Below, in pieces: positions 61,515 to 64,000 of a stretch of DNA of 64,000 nucleotides (positions are counted from its first letter, which is position 1; each line of letters starts with the position of its first letter). The notes below the pieces were generated by a model, which ran no database searches, was not told the DNA's origin, and saw only the letters and a list, made by a program, of their open reading frames with translations. Position numbers and translations under genes: made by a program. The stretch covers positions 96,001-160,000 of the IMG/VR virus record IMGVR_UViG_3300038443_002533; one strand, given 5' to 3'. The stretch comes from a virus. Its lineage: Duplodnaviria > Caudoviricetes.

Positions 61515-61793
61515 ATGAATGCCATCCACCCTTTTCTGTTGTGGTACTTGGTGATCAGCGCCGGGGCGATGTTTATCGCCTTCGCTTGGTTGTCGGTCGC
61601 TGATCTCATTGATAAGTACATCCACGGTCGTCCGTCGGACGCTATGCTCGGTTATAACTACAGCAGTGGTATGACCGGGATGGCGGTCATGACGTCGGCG
61701 CCTTTCATCAATCTGGCGTTCCTGGTGTTCCTCCTGCGTGAGCTGTACGGGACGTTGCGTAACAAGAGAAGCCTTCGTTTCAGAAAGGAATAA
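61515..61793 (+). CDS. Two-TM membrane protein
   Basis: AGGA RBS; ..PFINL.. second TM. Confidence 0.6.
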   Translation: MNAIHPFLLWYLVISAGAMFIAFAWLSVADLIDKYIHGRPSDAMLGYNYSSGMTGMAVMTSAPFINLAFLVFLLRELYGTLRNKRSLRFRKE

Positions 61794-61797
61794 ACGA

Positions 61798-62112
61798 ATG
61801 AGCGTTAGAAGTGAAGTTCTATTGCTGGCTGTATTGGAAGATTCTGAAGAAGTGACGGCGTGTGACGATTGTACCAATATCGATCTCATGAACCGTTACC
61901 TCGCTCGCGATTATCCAGATTCCAAACCCCAGTTCGTCGCACTCGCACCCATCACCTATGTGTATGGCGTTGGGTCCATCAAGAACTTGGACGAGGAAGC
62001 GTTGGTGGAAGCATTCCGACGAATTCCCTGGTTTGAACCCTCCAACACCACTCTGATGATTCGCAAAGATGGGGAAAGTCAATGGGCGTCCTACACTGTT
62101 AGGAGGGATTAG
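61798..62112 (+). CDS. Hypothetical protein
   Basis: Start moved to 61798 (AAGGAA RBS); F..IPW..P....L.I..D. Confidence 0.6.
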   Translation: MSVRSEVLLLAVLEDSEEVTACDDCTNIDLMNRYLARDYPDSKPQFVALAPITYVYGVGSIKNLDEEALVEAFRRIPWFEPSNTTLMIRKDGESQWASYTVRRD

Positions 62113-62113
62113 A

Positions 62114-62341
62114 ATGAAACGTCGTAACTTTTTAGGATTGACTGGATTGGCTATTGCGGCGCCAGCGATCGCCAAGGTGCAAGATATTCAACCCGTCCGT
62201 CCTGTTCAGGTCCCTCCTCCGGTCGCCCCACCCGTGCACGGAAGAGGATTGAGTGCTTATGAAATTTCCGTTAGCATGGGTTTCCCAGGCACACCAGACC
62301 AATGGCTCGCTTCATTGAAAAATGGCGACCCTCTCTTTTAA
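62114..62341 (+). CDS. Tat-signal microprotein ending in one SAYE...WLASLK repeat
   Basis: AGGAGG RBS; MKRRNFLGLTGLAIAAPAIA; C-terminus GLSAYEISVSMGFPGTPDQWLASLKNG. Confidence 0.7.
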   Translation: MKRRNFLGLTGLAIAAPAIAKVQDIQPVRPVQVPPPVAPPVHGRGLSAYEISVSMGFPGTPDQWLASLKNGDPLF

Positions 62342-62350
62342 GGAAATCAC

Positions 62351-62611
62351 ATGAATCGACGTGGATTCTTAGGCGCGATGTTGGGCGCCGTGGCCGCCCC
62401 AGCGGTGGTCAAAGCCGAAAACTTGATGAAGATCATCGTTCCGAAGCGAACTGGTATTATCTTCTGGCCGGAACGAAGAATACTTCTCAGTGGCGATTTT
62501 GATGGCGATGTGTTGAACTGGGGTAACATGGTTTGGAAGCCAGAACTTATTCGGGTGTTGCCAACCGTCCGAACTTCAACAAAGCCGCTTATCATCGTAC
62601 CGAGTCTCTAA
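62351..62611 (+). CDS. Tat-signal microprotein
   Basis: AAGGAA RBS; MNRRGFLGAMLGAVAAPAVVKA. Confidence 0.7.
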   Translation: MNRRGFLGAMLGAVAAPAVVKAENLMKIIVPKRTGIIFWPERRILLSGDFDGDVLNWGNMVWKPELIRVLPTVRTSTKPLIIVPSL

Positions 62612-62666
62612 GTGAATGTTATAGTGGTCGTTTTATGCGACCGTAACTTTCACCTAGAGGCCACCC

Positions 62667-63203
62667 ATGTCCGATGCTGCGCAACCGCTTTCTTTGAACA
62701 ACATCTCGGAAGAGAAAATCCAACGTTTCAAACAGCGCCCTGAGTTGCTCGATGCGCTGGCGCAGTGGGTGACGTTTGCGGACCGTCGTTTGATTCCGCA
62801 GATGCTGGCACTGGGTGAGTTGGTGCGTGACCTGTATGACCTCCCCGCCGAACTCAAGCTGTACCGTGGCTTTCGGCTGGGGAGCTATCAAGATAGCCTC
62901 GGGATCGATGAAGGTGCACCGATCGGCCAGAGTGTAACTTACACCAGCGACGATCGCTCGCTCTCGTTCAGTACTGAAGAAGCGATCGCGCGGGGATTCG
63001 GTAACGTGGTGGTGTCGACCAAGATCAATCCCAAGAAAGATCCGTGCTTGGTCATCACCGATGAGCTGCTGGTGATCGTGCACGAATTACTCAACTTCAA
63101 AGACCTCAAAACCCAACATGAAGTGATCCTGTTGCCGCCGATCCAGATTCAAGTCCAGGTCGTCAGTAAAGAGTCGAATTCCTTCAGTTGGTTAGCATGG
63201 TGA
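62667..63203 (+). CDS. ADP-ribosyltransferase-fold protein (R-S-E type)
   Basis: LYRG, SFST and QHEVIL in the order expected for the R-S-E triad. Confidence 0.6.
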   Translation: MSDAAQPLSLNNISEEKIQRFKQRPELLDALAQWVTFADRRLIPQMLALGELVRDLYDLPAELKLYRGFRLGSYQDSLGIDEGAPIGQSVTYTSDDRSLSFSTEEAIARGFGNVVVSTKINPKKDPCLVITDELLVIVHELLNFKDLKTQHEVILLPPIQIQVQVVSKESNSFSWLAW

Positions 63204-63212
63204 AAGGAGAAC

Positions 63213-63485
63213 ATGTCTCACGAACAACACAACGCAGAAACCAGCGACGCTTATCTGAAACGGGTGTGTGACTATGACCCGGCAACCGATAAGCTCATGA
63301 AGACGAGCGATATCTTGGAGATGCTGGCTAACGCCAATGCCGAGGTTTCGCGCAACACCTTCGATCGCTGGGTCAAAAATGGTTCCTTCCCGAAACCGAA
63401 TATCCGCATCGGCCAGAGCTGGCGTTGGACTGAACGTCGGGTCAAGGAATGGCTCCGAAGCTGCGTAGAGAAAGCTCAACAATGA
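63213..63485 (+). CDS. AlpA/excisionase-like HTH DNA-binding protein
   Basis: LMK..DI...L...VSRNTF.RWVK.G.FPKP.IRIG...RW....V.EW. Confidence 0.8.
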   Translation: MSHEQHNAETSDAYLKRVCDYDPATDKLMKTSDILEMLANANAEVSRNTFDRWVKNGSFPKPNIRIGQSWRWTERRVKEWLRSCVEKAQQ

Positions 63486-63661
63486 ACATCGAAGACATCG
63501 ATTTTGACAACGAAGAACAAGTCCAGCAACTGAGGGACCAAAAGGTCGAGATCCCGGTCGGGGTTCTGTATACGTTGCTGGGGGCGTATTACAAGGGCGG
63601 TGGTGAACCGGATTCCTACAACGACCGGCTGAACGAAGTCATGGAAGGCATCTTCAAATAA
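63482..63661 (+). CDS. Small acidic hypothetical protein
   Basis: ATGA-type overlap at 63482; 59 aa. Confidence 0.55.
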   Translation: MNIEDIDFDNEEQVQQLRDQKVEIPVGVLYTLLGAYYKGGGEPDSYNDRLNEVMEGIFK

Positions 63662-64000
63662 AGCGCTGTGGTTTGGATGCCCGTAACATTCTTGCCAATT
63701 TGTAATATTGCTTGCTCGTATTTATTTATATGCGGCAATTAATGCTGTGCGAGATAATTTCGCGTGTTGATTTTCCACAACTGGAAAAGCTGTGGATTGG
63801 AGCGCGAGGTTAACTTGACTCAGTTCTGGCGAACTAATTACTGGATCACACCGCATCCAGTTTCATTGACTCGTTCTTTTACAATTCATTGACCTCGGTC
63901 AAACAATCGATCGGTAAATCGAACTTAATAGTAGATGAGAAACCGAGGGAAGGAGCCGAACCCTTCCACCCATATTCGCAGGGCGCAAGATTGTAAGACA

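Noticed and set aside
63771-63779. DnaA box TTTTCCACA
   Set aside because: It is a single consensus match that also forms a hairpin arm; a chance hit is likely
63945-64000. tRNA on the minus strand
   Set aside because: The T-loop-like sequence has G at the conserved A58 position, and I could not build an anticodon or acceptor stem from the available bases

Overview
This window looks like a 64 kb segment of a phiKZ-related (Chimalliviridae-type) jumbo myophage. The taxonomic call and the phiKZ gp numbers rest on gene order, gene sizes and my recollection of these protein families, not on a database search. No chimallin, tubulin or RNAP gene lies in the window. Bases 1-32112 are virion genes: a conserved phiKZ gp87-gp101-like head/baseplate block followed by terminator-bounded tail-fibre cassettes. 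A GIY-YIG homing endonuclease element (10934-11728) sits inside a structural gene; it has taken over that gene's first 33 codons and carries a recoded replacement 5' end. Bases 32113-32475 are a non-coding switch region with a terminator, a palindrome, a G-quadruplex motif and a phiKZ-type early promoter. Bases 32476-63661 are co-oriented early/accessory genes. They include nucleotide metabolism (tmk, thyA, DHFR), an NrdB homologue that has lost most metal ligands, and an NAD/ADP-ribose toolkit (NadM-Nudix plus NAMPT, a DUF488-like-NADAR fusion, a Tad1-like sponge, an ART-like protein, a DHH/Nudix pair). There are also many small paralog arrays: five membrane microproteins, three RMF-like microproteins, two Tat-signal microproteins, and two proteins resembling a fragment of the major capsid protein. 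The best leads are the pseudo-NrdB, the gene-restoring homing element, and the terminator-bounded unit 57012-60030 that links capsid-fragment-like proteins to Tad1. I found no CRISPR array, rRNA or convincing tRNA.
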